In this document: piece after piece, positions 51,101-63,732 of the stretch
How positions within the stretch are numbered: position 1 is the first letter of the stretch
Layout: the number at the start of each line of letters is the position of its first letter
Assembly (NCBI GenBank): GCA_002633005.1
Contig: NMRA01000023.1
Location: forward strand, 941,158-1,005,157
Source: Phoronis australis
Lineage: Eukaryota; Animalia; Phoronida
Length of the DNA: 64,000 nucleotides
Reading direction: 5' to 3'
The notes under the pieces: generated by a model
The model's database searches: none
What the model was told of the DNA's origin: nothing
What the model saw: the letters and a program-made list of their open reading frames with translations, nothing else
Made by a program: the position numbers and the translations under genes

Positions 51101-54100
51101 CTCATTTGAAAATTGCCTACCTCACAGACAACTCATCTAAGTTGAAAATATTCCTTGTGAAAAAAATATAAAATACCAACCAGAGACTTGTGTACTACAA
51201 AATATGTTTTCGTAATACAATGCAAAGATAACTGTACAGTCAAAAGTGCAAATATTATGACTCTAATAAAAAATTGCCTTCTAGATCTTTTAAACACTCT
51301 AATTGCTACAGGACAGAGTCAACCACACAAAGCCCATAGGGTCAGGGAATTACATTTAAGGTGATGTAGTCTCACTGCGAAAAAGTGATTTCGCAATATC
51401 GCTGACAACACTGGAAATCTCTTCTTCACAAACTTGAGGTAGCTGTATTTACCACATCAGTCTTCTTATCAAAACTAACCACCAAAAATGAAAAATTGGC
51501 TTGTCGGTTCCAATTAGGCAGCATTTTACAATGAAATGGTCATGAAAAAATACTTTTGCAACATGGTTTGCATAACAATTGTCCTACGATTACAGTTGTA
51601 CATACATACTAGACCAGTAGCAAAATTACCCATGGGAACCATAAAATGGTCAATTCGACAAAAAAAACAAGGAGCCACCAGAGCTAATGTGTCAATACTT
51701 TTCAGTACTGCAACAAAAAATCATTTGAAGCGGACATAAGCTCGCCTAAAATCACACAAAACAACTTTTGATTTAGACATTTTACTATCACGAAATAGGT
51801 ATTACTTCCAGGTCACTTTTGAGCAATTTCGGAACTTTGAAAGATCAGGCAATATGCACTTGCTAGAGACCAGACTAATAGTGTGTGATTTTATTCACAC
51901 AACATGGTCTCAAGGAATAGCAAACTGTCAATTCGCTACAATTCCAGAAATCAATTCCCATCTGGATAAGGGACAAACTGAGCAAAGTTTATAGAGGTAA
52001 ATGGTCTAAATCAAAACTTATTACCTACTGGACAGAATATGGGTTTACAACCCAGGTAGAAAGATAAGTTAACAAAACCAGCCTAACTGCAACAGGGTCT
52101 CAAATTTCAGTAATATATACCCATTTACAAACAAAAATCAATAATGGTAAATATAATGCGGAAACATAAATTCAGATCAATTAGGCATCTTCAAGGAAAA
52201 GGAACAGTACAGTGGTCAGAAATCATCTAAACGTGATGGCCACACTGAGAAATCCTGTCAGACCAAAAAATCCAGTGGCTAAACAAAATGAACAATGTAC
52301 CAATACCATGTGGCCCAGGATCATGATCCGTGCCTGGAGAAAAATTCAGTCTTGGTCTAGGTAAATTTTAGATTTGTGCTGTTCACACAAGCAGTTCTGG
52401 TGCGAACAAAGCTTGCGAAAACACACAAGCCTACCTCCCTACACAGCTGTGCTGACACAATAATGCCACCACTGGATTTAGCAGATCAGCCAGAGTATTT
52501 ACTGGTCCAGCCACTGTACTGTTTCCTCCCTTTGATTTTTTACAATGCTACATCCTTGACAATCACAGATTGCCTCTTTCAATGCATACTGCACTTCCTC
52601 TGTCCCAGTTTCCTCACATTTGCTGAGAGTGGCCTATCTCAACAAATTACTTTGGACCTGTTGTGGTATAAGTCAGTAATCTTTGGCAAATACTTTTTCC
52701 CCGACTTGTTCCTCAAGCTACAAATTCTCTTTGACATATCTTCTGGGAGTAGACTTTATGGCCTCTCTCTAGCCCCTTCACTTAGTTGTCCAGAAGGGTA
52801 CCTTCTTGCTGGTTGTGAACTTTTCCATACCCAACCTTTACTAATAATCGGCAATTCTCCAACTTCAGCAGAAGCCACTTCTTCTGCATAAGCCTTTCAT
52901 GATTCCTAAAATTGTATTAATGAAAAAAATTAACATATTAAATTTAATGTGGCCATTTCGGTTCAGAAAATATGAATACCAAGCTAAAGTGAAGGCACCA
53001 ATATTTTTGACGGCTTTAGCATGTTTAATTAACTTCATAATCGCAGAAATTCACTGGCAGACATAACATACTCCCTAGTCTCTAAAAGTAGTTCATGGGC
53101 AGAAGTCATGTTACACATTTGGTGGTTGTTATGAAAAGTTATGATGATTACCTATTTTCTATGCCAATGTATACATGTAGTTGCTTAAACATCAACACAT
53201 TTGAATAAGATATGATTAAGCAATAAGGCCCAAGTTATAAGTAATCACGGTGAGTCAATAAAAGTATTTTTGCATGAATGACGAGCTTCTAAAAATATTC
53301 CTCAGGGTCAGACCCTGCAGTTTAGTGATTCCTACCTGAGCTCACACGAAGCAAGACGTTGAACCTTGACTTAACGTCTTTGGTCATTTTTCAGACATCA
53401 GGCTCTATCAGATTTCTCCTCTAGTGTCCAGTGGATGTTCTCAGTGTCTTTGGCGACAGCAATATATATCGAGTGTTGTAACGATGATTCGGGCAAGTGA
53501 ATCTAATACGGTAGATTATGTAGCTCGTGCTGCACACCTGCCTCCGAGTCCGAGGCAGACACTGAGACAGACTACTTCTCAGGAGGACACGTTCCACCTC
53601 CACATCAGCTCCACGTACTCTTATAAGGTACTCAAATGTCTCGCTCTATACCTTGTGCATTTCCCAAGAGTTTCCAAAGTTGTTTCTCTCCACAATTTGT
53701 AGAAATACCACATTCGACGCCACTGGCAGTGCCAGATAAATAGATAAATTCGCAAACCCGCACTTTAGGTCAGCCATCATTCAACTAACGCATTGTAAGC
53801 TTTAGTTTGATATTCAGACGAGTTGGTTGAATAAATTTAGTATAATTTCATATCTTAGTGGGAAATGCTAGTGTCATTAAAATTAATTAAAAACATTTTA
53901 GCAAACCAATTCTTTTAATTGTTGTATCATACCACGGCATATTAACGCGTAGAAACGGCGCACAATTAGTGACTGGTTTAACATGACAAATACAAACACG
54001 CGGTCTGAAAATAGTGAAATTCAGACACCTATTACCAAGCCTGCCTGAAGGGCTGACAAAGTTTTTATTGTATTAATTTCAAGGGCATGGAGTCTTCTAC

Positions 54101-55390
54101 ATGTCCATGGTATTATTTTTAGTTCGCTATAAGGGTACAACTTACTGCTGGTTTTTCACAAGAAGGAAATGTTCCTCCACGGAAACAGTTCCAGTGTTAC
54201 CATGGTAACCGATATTGCAGTGTCGGTGCCATTTTTACTGACATTGGTCATGAACCTATCATGTGATATCAAAATTGTTCAGAAACGATTCTGTTTGAAG
54301 CAGAAACTGGAGTAGAAAATCTGGTCAAAAATGACTCAGTCCACACCAAGAAATTGCCTCATTTTGCCCCCAAGAACACTTCCCTTGCATCTCCTAAACC
54401 ACCAAACTTTGTGGTATCATACTTCACCCAATTTCTCTCATCCCTAATGTGATTTATCAGACTAAACATGGACCTGAATGGCTGACCCCCCCCCCACCTT
54501 GCCGCTTGTTGGCTGGACAGTGGTCGGTGGATCCGTGGACTGATACTTAACAATTACAAAGACTGATGGGCCAAAGTGAAGTCTGTGATAGATGTAATCA
54601 TAACAGACACTGCACACAAAATCAATTCTGAATTTAAACACGGTATGCTATACGAACTAAAAAACAATCAGCCACATATTATCTCGATTTTTTACAAAAG
54701 TCTAATCATATCCTAACATAATAGTAAGTCGATATATGCCACATACGTAAATAACTGAGGAGCAGTGCTTAACCTACACTGTTTATTTTTTAAGAAGACC
54801 TACGTATAGGGTACCAAGACGCCCAAGGGTCACTGATATTGACAAGGTGAACCTAGGCATGTTCCAAAAATTACTGAGAAACCCGCAACTGCGGGTGCTA
54901 GGCCTGCTAAATCCTCTCCTTTTGTGGGGCAGATTTTTCTGCCTCACATGTGCTGACACTAATGCAGTGGCCTTTTTGAGGGAACAAACTGAACCAATCC
55001 CGTTAGTAGCCCTTGCTGAAAATGTAATGGCTACGCGCAACTTTGTAACACGCCTGCAGGCACCTTGTCAACATGAGTGCCCCCCGCCAAGAGAACTCAG
55101 AAATACATCTATTAATATTTCATACCTTTAAAAACGTATGCCGGATCATGATTCCTCACGTGTCTCAAAATGCCAGACGCTGTTTTCAGTCGTTTTCCAC
55201 AAAACGAGAACGGGCACTCATAAAGCCGGTTAGACTGACAACGTTCGGCCTCGTTACTGATGCAGTCGGCAACACTTTCCGTCTCATTCATGACTTGTTC
55301 GCCGTCCTCCTCGACAAAACTCGCTTCTAAAATATCGTCCCAGTCGATATTGTAGTCGTCAAATGACACAAAAATCGTCCTTTGGCACAT
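48184..55390 (-). pseudogene. Three-exon P-element companion gene (C2H2 zinc finger plus YVAG/NRGGL domain); exons 55390-55126, 49498-49427, 49152-48184
   Basis: GT/AG sites at all junctions, all phase 1 and in frame; exon 1 has YECPFSFCGKRLKTASGILRHVRNH; exon 3 has EEEQALSYVAGAM, VNRGGLF, KRLRKSLK with frameshifts near 48600 and 48290. Confidence 0.7.
49549..54542 (-). mobile_element. Second Academ-type element (~5 kb, decayed) in intron 1 of the companion gene
   Basis: TIRs tagtccacg...gcggcaaggtgggggtcagcc / ggctgaccccccccccaccttgccgc...cgtggactg; candidate TSD gtac/atac; same TAGTCC terminus as 32019; only faint coding traces. Confidence 0.7.
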
Positions 55391-56583
55391 TTTTACTACA
55401 CTGCAGAATAAATGTAACAACGAAAGCACGCTAGAAATGACAATATGGCGGATCGCTTTCGTCTACCTCTCGTTCCCGAGCGTGAATATGCGTGATCAAG
55501 CAACCCACAACGGGCTGATTGACAAGAGGGAAATGGCGCCGTGTGTCGTGAGCGTGCGGTTTATGAGTGGACACATAATTGCCCCCAACGGTGATCACAT
55601 CAAAGTGATATACCGCGTTTCTATTCCTTCTCATATTGGTTCCTAGTTTATAGTAGTCCACGGTCTCTGGTCCACTCGCTGGTTCCCTACTTACCTTGTC
55701 AGCACGCCAGCTACTTACGCCACCTAGCGGCACGCAGAGAACCAGCGAGGAGGGGACAGAACCCGCCATATTTGCCAGAACGGTGTTGTATGCAGCCTCA
55801 TTCGTCTTTGGATATTTTATTATTTTAAGTGTCGATACAAAGTTTTACGTCAGCGTCTGTGCCACAGGTTCGTCGGTGGTTATTAGATCGACCCTCCTTT
55901 CGGAGATCTTTCCAGTAATAGCATTACTCTCCACCGTAGGAAAGGATGAAACGTTTATCTCCAAGTTGCCCAGCGGCAACAAAAATAAAATTTCATTCAC
56001 TGGCAAGGCACATGCCTTGAAAAATGACCGGAGTAAATTCTCGCCGATTACGTGTGGTAAATGTAGCTATGGTACAGATCTCTTAATAAATTAGCGGGTG
56101 GTAACTGTAGCTATAGCCCGCAACTCTTCACGTTGTAAATCATGTTGAGCACCGAGTTTGTCCGTCATATTGTGCCCTTTGTTTGTGAAACGTTATTGCC
56201 GCAAAATTACACAGTTGACAATTTAAACTTTTGAACACGCCTACAAAAAGAATCATTGTTTTATATAAAATTTTGACAAAGGAAATTTGACAATGAAATG
56301 AAAAAAAGTCTTGCAGGCCGTGGAGGAAGAACGCTGTCCATCCTGATCGTGGAAAAAGATTTCAGGACCGACTTTGAAAACAGTTTCATGATGTCGCCCG
56401 CTTTAAAACGACTAATTTTGTTTTAAATTGCACCTGCTATATACCCAAGATTTTGCACGGAATGTAAATTTATGGCACTCATTCCTCAGTTTTTGTTTCA
56501 AGTAACTTCATAAAGCGTTCGATATTTAACCCAAATTATTACATACAGCATAATTTTTGGTACCCACAAAACGAAAAACTTAC

Positions 56584-56686
56584 CTTGTAATACAGACCAT
56601 TCAGTCCACTGGTACCACGAAAACAAACACACGATTACAAAAATCAAAAGAATCAACCATATTTTTGCAAAGTGAGAGGTATCCAT
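56584..56686 (-). CDS. First coding exon with a type II signal-anchor (Golgi enzyme N-terminus), candidate exon 1 of the CHST locus
   Basis: Kozak gaaaATGg; MDTSHFAKIWLILLIFVIVCLFSWYQWTEWSVLQ; donor AG|GTAAGT at 56584/56583, phase 1. Confidence 0.6.
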
Positions 56687-57167
56687 TTTCAATTATCCGT
56701 GGTTACGCAAATGTGAGTCTCTGTTTGGTTACTTCTCCGTAATACCGTGGTTGGGGCTGACGATTCAACCCTAAAAACCGACAATTTGACAATCACCTTG
56801 GTTAATCTACTGTCTGCACAGCTCCAAAACACACTTGTGTGGCATCTTGGTACTTATTAGATAAGAACGAGTTTGTCCAACTATCTTTACTATCCACACC
56901 TACATCTGAGGTTTCCTAGTTTTGTCTGCTCACCGTTTTTAATAACGCAAAAGATCAATAGGCTTGGAAATTGTGACGTCACGTAGTTACAAGATCAATG
57001 CGGCGACAAGCAATTACCTCGAAATCCTACCGCCCATAGATGGAACAGGTAAAGCAAGATGTGTTTTTTGCAAGTTAGCGTCTCTGGGTTTTCTTCAATT
57101 TTATTCTTATACTTATTACTCTGCGCGTATAAGCGCAGAGTACTGTTGTTCCTGGGTTTTCTTCAAT

Positions 57168-58116
57168 TTTATTCTTATTCTTCTTACTCTTCTTCCGACC
57201 AACTTTGAGGCTTAATAACTCCAAATTGGGTGCAGGTACGATCTTTAAATTCAGCATATTATTTTTGACAGTATTTAAATTTTGATTGGTTATATAAACA
57301 TATTCCATATTGCACCAGAAGAGGTCGTTTGGTGCAAAGGTCATATAATTTTCAAAATGCTACTCCTCCTTTAGTTTTAAAGCTATCTTTTTCAAATTTG
57401 GTGCACAGGTATAAATTAACATGTCAATTTAAAAAATACTTTTCTAAGTAATCGGGTCATCCAATGAGGTGAAATAGGTCAAAGGTCATTAGGTGCAAAC
57501 TAAAATTTTGAGATAGTCTGATTGCCACAGGTAAATCAAATCGGAATCCCAAATTTCAGGTCATTTAGTGCAAACATGGGGTCATTAGGTGCATTTTCTT
57601 CTGAAAATTTTACCTTTTCAATCAGCAAGTATTCTGATGTGTCAACCTTTAGACAACTGTGATTCTCAGCGTTAAACACATTTTCCATGGGCTTTGCAAT
57701 AATTCTCCTAAAGATGCTTAAAATGCACCGGATAAGGTCAATTAGTGCAAAGGTCATGTAACGTTCAAAATGTTATATGTCTTACGTTTTTCAAGGAATT
57801 CTTTTCAATTTCAGCACACTGGTGTAAGTCAACATGCCAATTGAATACCATACTTTACTTTGCAATAAGCCTAACCAATCAGAAAAAATAGGTCAAAGGT
57901 CATTGAGTGCAAACTAAAATTTTGAGCTAGAGACTTCAGAATTACGTATCTGTTTACCAAGTGCGATTGAGTTTGAATTCTAAATTTCCAGGTCATTTGG
58001 TGCACCCATGGGGTCATTAGGTGCATTTTTCTTCTGAAAGTTTGACCAGTTCATTCATCTTGTATTCTGAAGTGCTTAAAGTAAAACATCTGTGATTATT
58101 AGCATTAACCACACTT
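57168..58116. repeat. ~420-bp tandem array with a (TTC/TTA) microsatellite head, Helentron/HINE-like
   Basis: ggtcaaaggtcatt.gtgcaaactaaaattttgag recurs at ~57477 and ~57891; head ttcttccgaccaactttgaggcttaata. Confidence 0.65.
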
Positions 58117-60950
58117 TTAATAATACGTTTATTTGTATTGAAGGCCTCTGGCCCAAAGTACAATAAACAAAACAATTAATCAGGCACATTTGCACAAGCA
58201 GTCAACCCATTTAAGAGTTGTTCTCGTCTTTTAAGGGCAAAATACACATATTTAACAGCAGATATATCAGGATGAGATAGCAGGCGTACACAGGATCCTT
58301 GAGTTGGATGCCTCCATTGAACTTCCTTCATAAAACGTGACCTAAGTTCACAATATCCCTGGCAAACCAACAGGAAATGGTATTCATACTCTACAAGACC
58401 ATCATTGCAAGCCATACATAATCTAATGTAATAATCCACTTCCTCGTGTCTACCCACTTCCACTTGTAGTCTGTGGTTGGAGCAACGTAAACGAGCAAAC
58501 GCTTGAATAAGACTATTGCGTAGCGGTAACTTAAGCTATGGTTCAAAACAGTACAGAGTCTTAAAGTTACAGTAGAATTTAAGTTTTGCATTATGCTCAA
58601 TTTCTGATCGCCAACCTTGTTCATAACAGTCATTAACTCTTTGCGCGAAGAAACTTAAAAACGAGACTTCGCACGTGACACCTTGATTCAACCAAATTTC
58701 ATAAAAACCGTATTTTGATAGCAATTAACAGAAGATATCCAAGAAATTCTTCCATTCCTATCTAAATCAACTAACATGTCATAAGCCGCTTTAGCGTATC
58801 TAGTAGGTGGCATTTTCAATAACTTTATCCAATATTTTACACACGTGACATAATACTTTGCATAGAGCGGATAAATTTCCCATTCACCCAATACAGCTGC
58901 GTTTGAGCAAGAGTTTCCAACTCCAAGAGCAATTTTACAGAATTTAACATAAACATTTTCAAGCCATTCGTACTCTTTGAATCCCCAGATTTCCGCGCCG
59001 TAGCTCATACTGTAGTTGGTACAGCAATTTTATCAAACAGTTCAAGTGATAGGCTCAATGGTAATTCCGTGCACCGGTTTCTAATTTTAGAGATGGACAT
59101 AGCAGCTTTACTACCTTGACGTGCCAGAGTTTTAGTGGCTTTGGACCAAACTAATCTTGGTGTGAAAAATATTCCAAGGTATTTATATTGGGAGACAATC
59201 TCCACTACTTGGTTTCCATAATACCACTTCTCATACGCTCTGAGTGGCACGCCATTTCTAAAAACAACGATCTTAGTTTTTTTTCAGATTTACACTCATG
59301 CCCCAAGAAGAGCAATAATCATAAAGGCAATTTAACATTCTTTGCAAATTAATTTGAGTGCTTGAACACAGACCCATGTCATCAGCATACAACAGCGATT
59401 TGACGTGCGAAGCCTCTTCATTGATATAAATCCCTTTAATATTTTGGGCATTATCTAGGACTTCGATAAATTTGTTCAGATACATGATAAACAATAGTGG
59501 GCTGATCATACACCCTTGTCTGGTGCCGACAGAACAGTCAAAAAAGTCGGTTAATCCTTCTCGGGTCCTTACGCATTAACGTAATTTGCTGTACATGGAT
59601 TTCATGACTTTAAGTACGTTACCATGGACACCATTTTTTTGTAATCTATACCAGAGTAGCATGTGGGGAACTCTGTCAAACGCCTTCGAAAAGTCGACAA
59701 AAGCACAATAAAAACGACCCCCGGGCTTAGTGATATATTTTTGGCACATGGCCTGAAGCGTAAACATTTGGTCCTGAGTGCAATAGCCCTTGCGGAATCC
59801 CGCCTGTGATTCACGAAGTTCGTCATTTGCCTCAGCCCAGGTCCTAAGCCGGTTGCTCAAAAGTTTAGTGAATAGCTTTCCTACTGCTGACAACAATGAG
59901 ATACCTCTACAATTGTTCTCATCTTCAGTGTTGCCCTGTTTAAATACAGGAACAATTATTGCGTCATACCAGCCCTGTGGGTAGTGATCTGTAGCGAGAA
60001 TTCCATTGAAAAGCAGTTCCAATACAGGAACAATAGCTACCCTCGTACTCTTCAACATCTCAAATACAACGTGATCAATGCCGGCTGCTTTGCCGTTTGG
60101 AAGATCCATTATAGCGCAGTCAATTTCCTCACATGAGAAACAAGTGTTCATATCACTGGGTAAATTTTTGTCACAAGCATCACAGTAATTGTCATGATTT
60201 TCTTGTTGTCTTACTACCGTATTTGACATAGTGTCGCTCGGTTCCGTCCGTTCATTGAGCAACAAATTAAAATACGTGTAGTGTACTGGAGTTATCGCAG
60301 TTTCCTTCGGACTACTATTAAATTTTGATTTTACCAAAGCCCAGAATTGCTTTGGATTATTTCTACTATCCAAAATATTTTCTAGCAACTTCGATTGATG
60401 CTCTTTTTCTTTTTTTTTGTATAGCATGCGAATTTGTTTCTTATTTTCTTTGTATACTGCCAATTTTCCAGGGGAAGAGTCTCTCCGAAAAATATTCAAA
60501 GATTGATTTTTTATTTTTTTCGCAGTATGTAATTCTTTGTCCCACCAAGGGGGTTGGTTACTCTGCCTTTTAGCATAAGTACGTTTATTTTTAAACATTG
60601 CCATCGATGTAGCAGTTTGTTTATACAGATTTGTGATACCATCTGTTGCACTTTCTATGTCGAAATGAGCAATCTGTTCAGCTATTCGATCTAGACTTTC
60701 TGATAGGCAATTTGAGAACACTTCATGGAATTCCGCTACTTGGCCACTATCCCACTCCAGTCGAGTGTTTGATTGCGATGCTGATTGGCTAACGCTACAA
60801 CGACTGTCATACACACAATTATCTGCAACATTTCAAACAATAGGAAAATGGTCAGACTCGTGAAATGTGTCTACACTAAAATCTGAAGTATGTTGAAAGA
60901 GACTTGTTGATACTATCAAATAGTCTACAGTGCTACAACCACCTGAAGCG
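58117..60950 (-). mobile_element. 5'-truncated CR1-group LINE (APE end, RT, C-terminal CCHC finger)
   Basis: STVDYLI, SDHFPI, KAAGIDHV, RGISLLS, QAGFRKG, FVDFSKAFDRV, ISPLLF, LLYADD, YKYLG, RLCMAC..EYEYHFLLVC; AATAAA plus ATT tail at 58117-58135. Confidence 0.92.
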
Positions 60951-61184
60951 TGACACTTTTAATCAACTTAACAATTACTCCCTCATCGGGGCTCATAATG
61001 CACCGGAAGTGGTCAATGAGTGGAAAGGTCATCAAAAAATTAATATGTAATTTCTCCTACAAGTTTAATGAATTCCTTTTCATATTGGTAAACGGGTTGC
61101 TGTCAGTAACTTCCCATAATAAATCCAGTAATACGCACGCCCAGAGTCCGTTATTGTCACGTCGTGACAATAATCTTTGTAGTT

Positions 61185-62425
61185 CTTCTTATTCTTCTTC
61201 TCATTCTTTTTCCGACCAACTTTGAGGCTTAATATCTCCAAATTGGGTGCAGGTACGGTCTTTAAATTCAGCTAATGACTTTTGACAGTATATAAATATT
61301 GATTGGTTATGTAATCATATTCCAGAAGGGGTCGTGTGGTGCAAAGTTCATATAATTTTCAAAATACTACCCCTCCTTCAATTCTAAAGCTACCTTTTTC
61401 AAATTCGTTGCACAGCTATAAGTCACCATGAAAATTTAAAAAAAAATTTCTAAGTAATCGGGTCATCCAATCAGGTGAAACAGGTCAAAGGTCATTAGGT
61501 GCAAACTAAAATTTTGAGCCAGACACTTCAAATTGACAGGTCTAATTGCCACAGGTAAATCAAATTGGAATCCAAAGTTCAGGTCATTTAATGCAAACAT
61601 GGGGTCATTAGGAGCATTTTTCTTCTGAAAATTTGACCTTTTCATTCATCAAGTATTCTAATGTGTCAACAGTTAGACAACTGTGATTCTCAGCATTTAA
61701 TACACTATGCACGAGCTTTGCAAAAACTCTACCAAACAGGATTATAATGCAACGGAAGAGGTCACTTACTGCAAAGGTCATATAATTTTCAAAATGCTAC
61801 TTCTTCCTTAGTTTTAAATCAATCTTTTTGGTATTCGGTGAACACGTATAGGTCTACGAAAGAAATTAAATAATTACTTTTCTAAGAAATCGAGTCATCC
61901 AATCAGGTTAAAGAGGTCAAAGACCGTTAAGTGCATACTAAAATTTTGAGATAGACACTTCAAATTCACACATCTTCTTGGTGCATAGAGTTCAGATCAA
62001 AATCTAAAGTTTCATGTCATTTGGAGCAACCATGGGGTCATTAGGTGCATTTTTCGTCTGACCATTTGACATTTTCATTCACAAATTGTTGTGATTAGTC
62101 AACAGTTAGACAACTGTCATTCTCAGCATTAAACACACTTAACAATTTTTTTGCAGTAATTCTCCTAAAGATTCTTATAATGCACCGGGTAGGGTAAATT
62201 AGTGCAAAGGTCATCTAACGTTCAAAATGTTATATATCCTACATTTTTCAAGGAATACTTTTCACTTTCAGCACGCTGATTTAAGCCAACATTCCAATCG
62301 AACACCATACCTTACCACGCAATAGGCCAAACCAACCAGAATAAATAGGTCAAAAGTCATTGAGTGCAAACTAAAATTTTGAGCTAATGAGTTCAAAATT
62401 ATATATCTGTTTAATAAATACGATT
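61185..62425. repeat. Second copy of the ~430-bp tandem array element
   Basis: Same head (ttccgaccaactttgaggcttaata) and units at ~61483, ~61914 and ~62348. Confidence 0.7.
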
Positions 62426-62475
62426 GAGATGTCACGAAAATAGTTCCAGAAGCGGCTACCAATGGCCGGCGTTTT

Positions 62476-62990
62476 CCCGTTGCTCCCAACTTGTTCAATT
62501 CTATAGCCCAACAAAAAGTTGGGAAGTTTACCCCTGTAGCCAATATTTTACACGACTGATTAACTCCATTCTGGCATTCATGGTTGGAGGGCGAGCTCGT
62601 TTTTGTTCGATAATTGCTCTACTCTTCAAAAATATCGTATCTATAGCCTGACTTGCCGGGCCGTGCTGTTAAAAATAAAAGTTAACTTATAACATATTTG
62701 AACATAAACCAATAGCATTTCTGACATCCTCGTATAATGGCGATCATGTTTAGTTTTTGAATCGTCCAACTGCAACCGAAGTTACGATAATCTATTCTTT
62801 GTGAATAAACAAATTTGCTCTGGGTTTGACGGTGTTCACACGTGATCTGTAATAAACATGGTAGATAATTGGCCTGCCTGTTGTCATAACATACAAAAGA
62901 TTGTGTGCTTGCCAGCTAACAAAGAAGCTAGATGTTATCACACGCTCAGAACCCCCTTCATCTGGTAAAGTCACTGAACGGGAAAACGCT
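62476..62990 (+). repeat. Dispersed repeat family, copy related to 45768-46290
   Basis: Collinear similarity over ~500 bp. Confidence 0.8.
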
Positions 62991-63732
62991 GCCATGGAAA
63001 CATAGGGGAGTGTCCGTTAACGAGAATGTTTATAATTTCACATTTTTATTATTTGCTTTCTGTTCTATACTCGTTTACAATTTACTTCATATAACGTTGA
63101 AATACTTTCTAGTTAACACTGTATTCACTGATGAAATTACAATTTTGTAGGTTCCTCGCACTCTCTGCAAAAAGTTTGAATCTGCCATTCACTGAAAAGC
63201 AGACGAAGCGATTACACACTGCCAGGAACGATATTTGTAACGTTGGTACAGTAGGTGTTTCCTTTGCTTTGATTTGGCTGTGTTTAAGAACAATCCGTAT
63301 TATTGTCAGACTTTCCCTTACTGTAGTCACTCTATATTTTTTAGTGCCTATGGTGGCTTGTGTGAAATATAAGCATTAAGGATAATATCGTTTAATTTAA
63401 CATACCTGTACTTCTGGCAAAACAAAAACCTTCCTCTCACAATCTTTAGATATTATTTTTTTTCTGCTAAGCTTCGAAAGGACTGAACCAGCGTTTTGGA
63501 ACGATATTTTGATTTGCTGGAGACTAGGGTAACAACTCTTGCCGGCTGGAAAAAAAACGAGTATCTGTTTCCTGAAACTTGAAAAAAATCAATGCTAATA
63601 AAGTATTCATAGTAGAAGTACAAATCTACATGAACCATGTTACAACTTTTTTAGCGTCTCGTTTTCAAATTGAAATGAAGACGCAAGTCTAAAGGCAGAG
63701 GGAAAAGCTAATCATTAACAAAGGCCATCACT

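Noticed and set aside
52376-52891. 171-aa plus-strand ORF
   Set aside because: Inside the Academ-type element, no motif, probably antisense to decayed coding sequence
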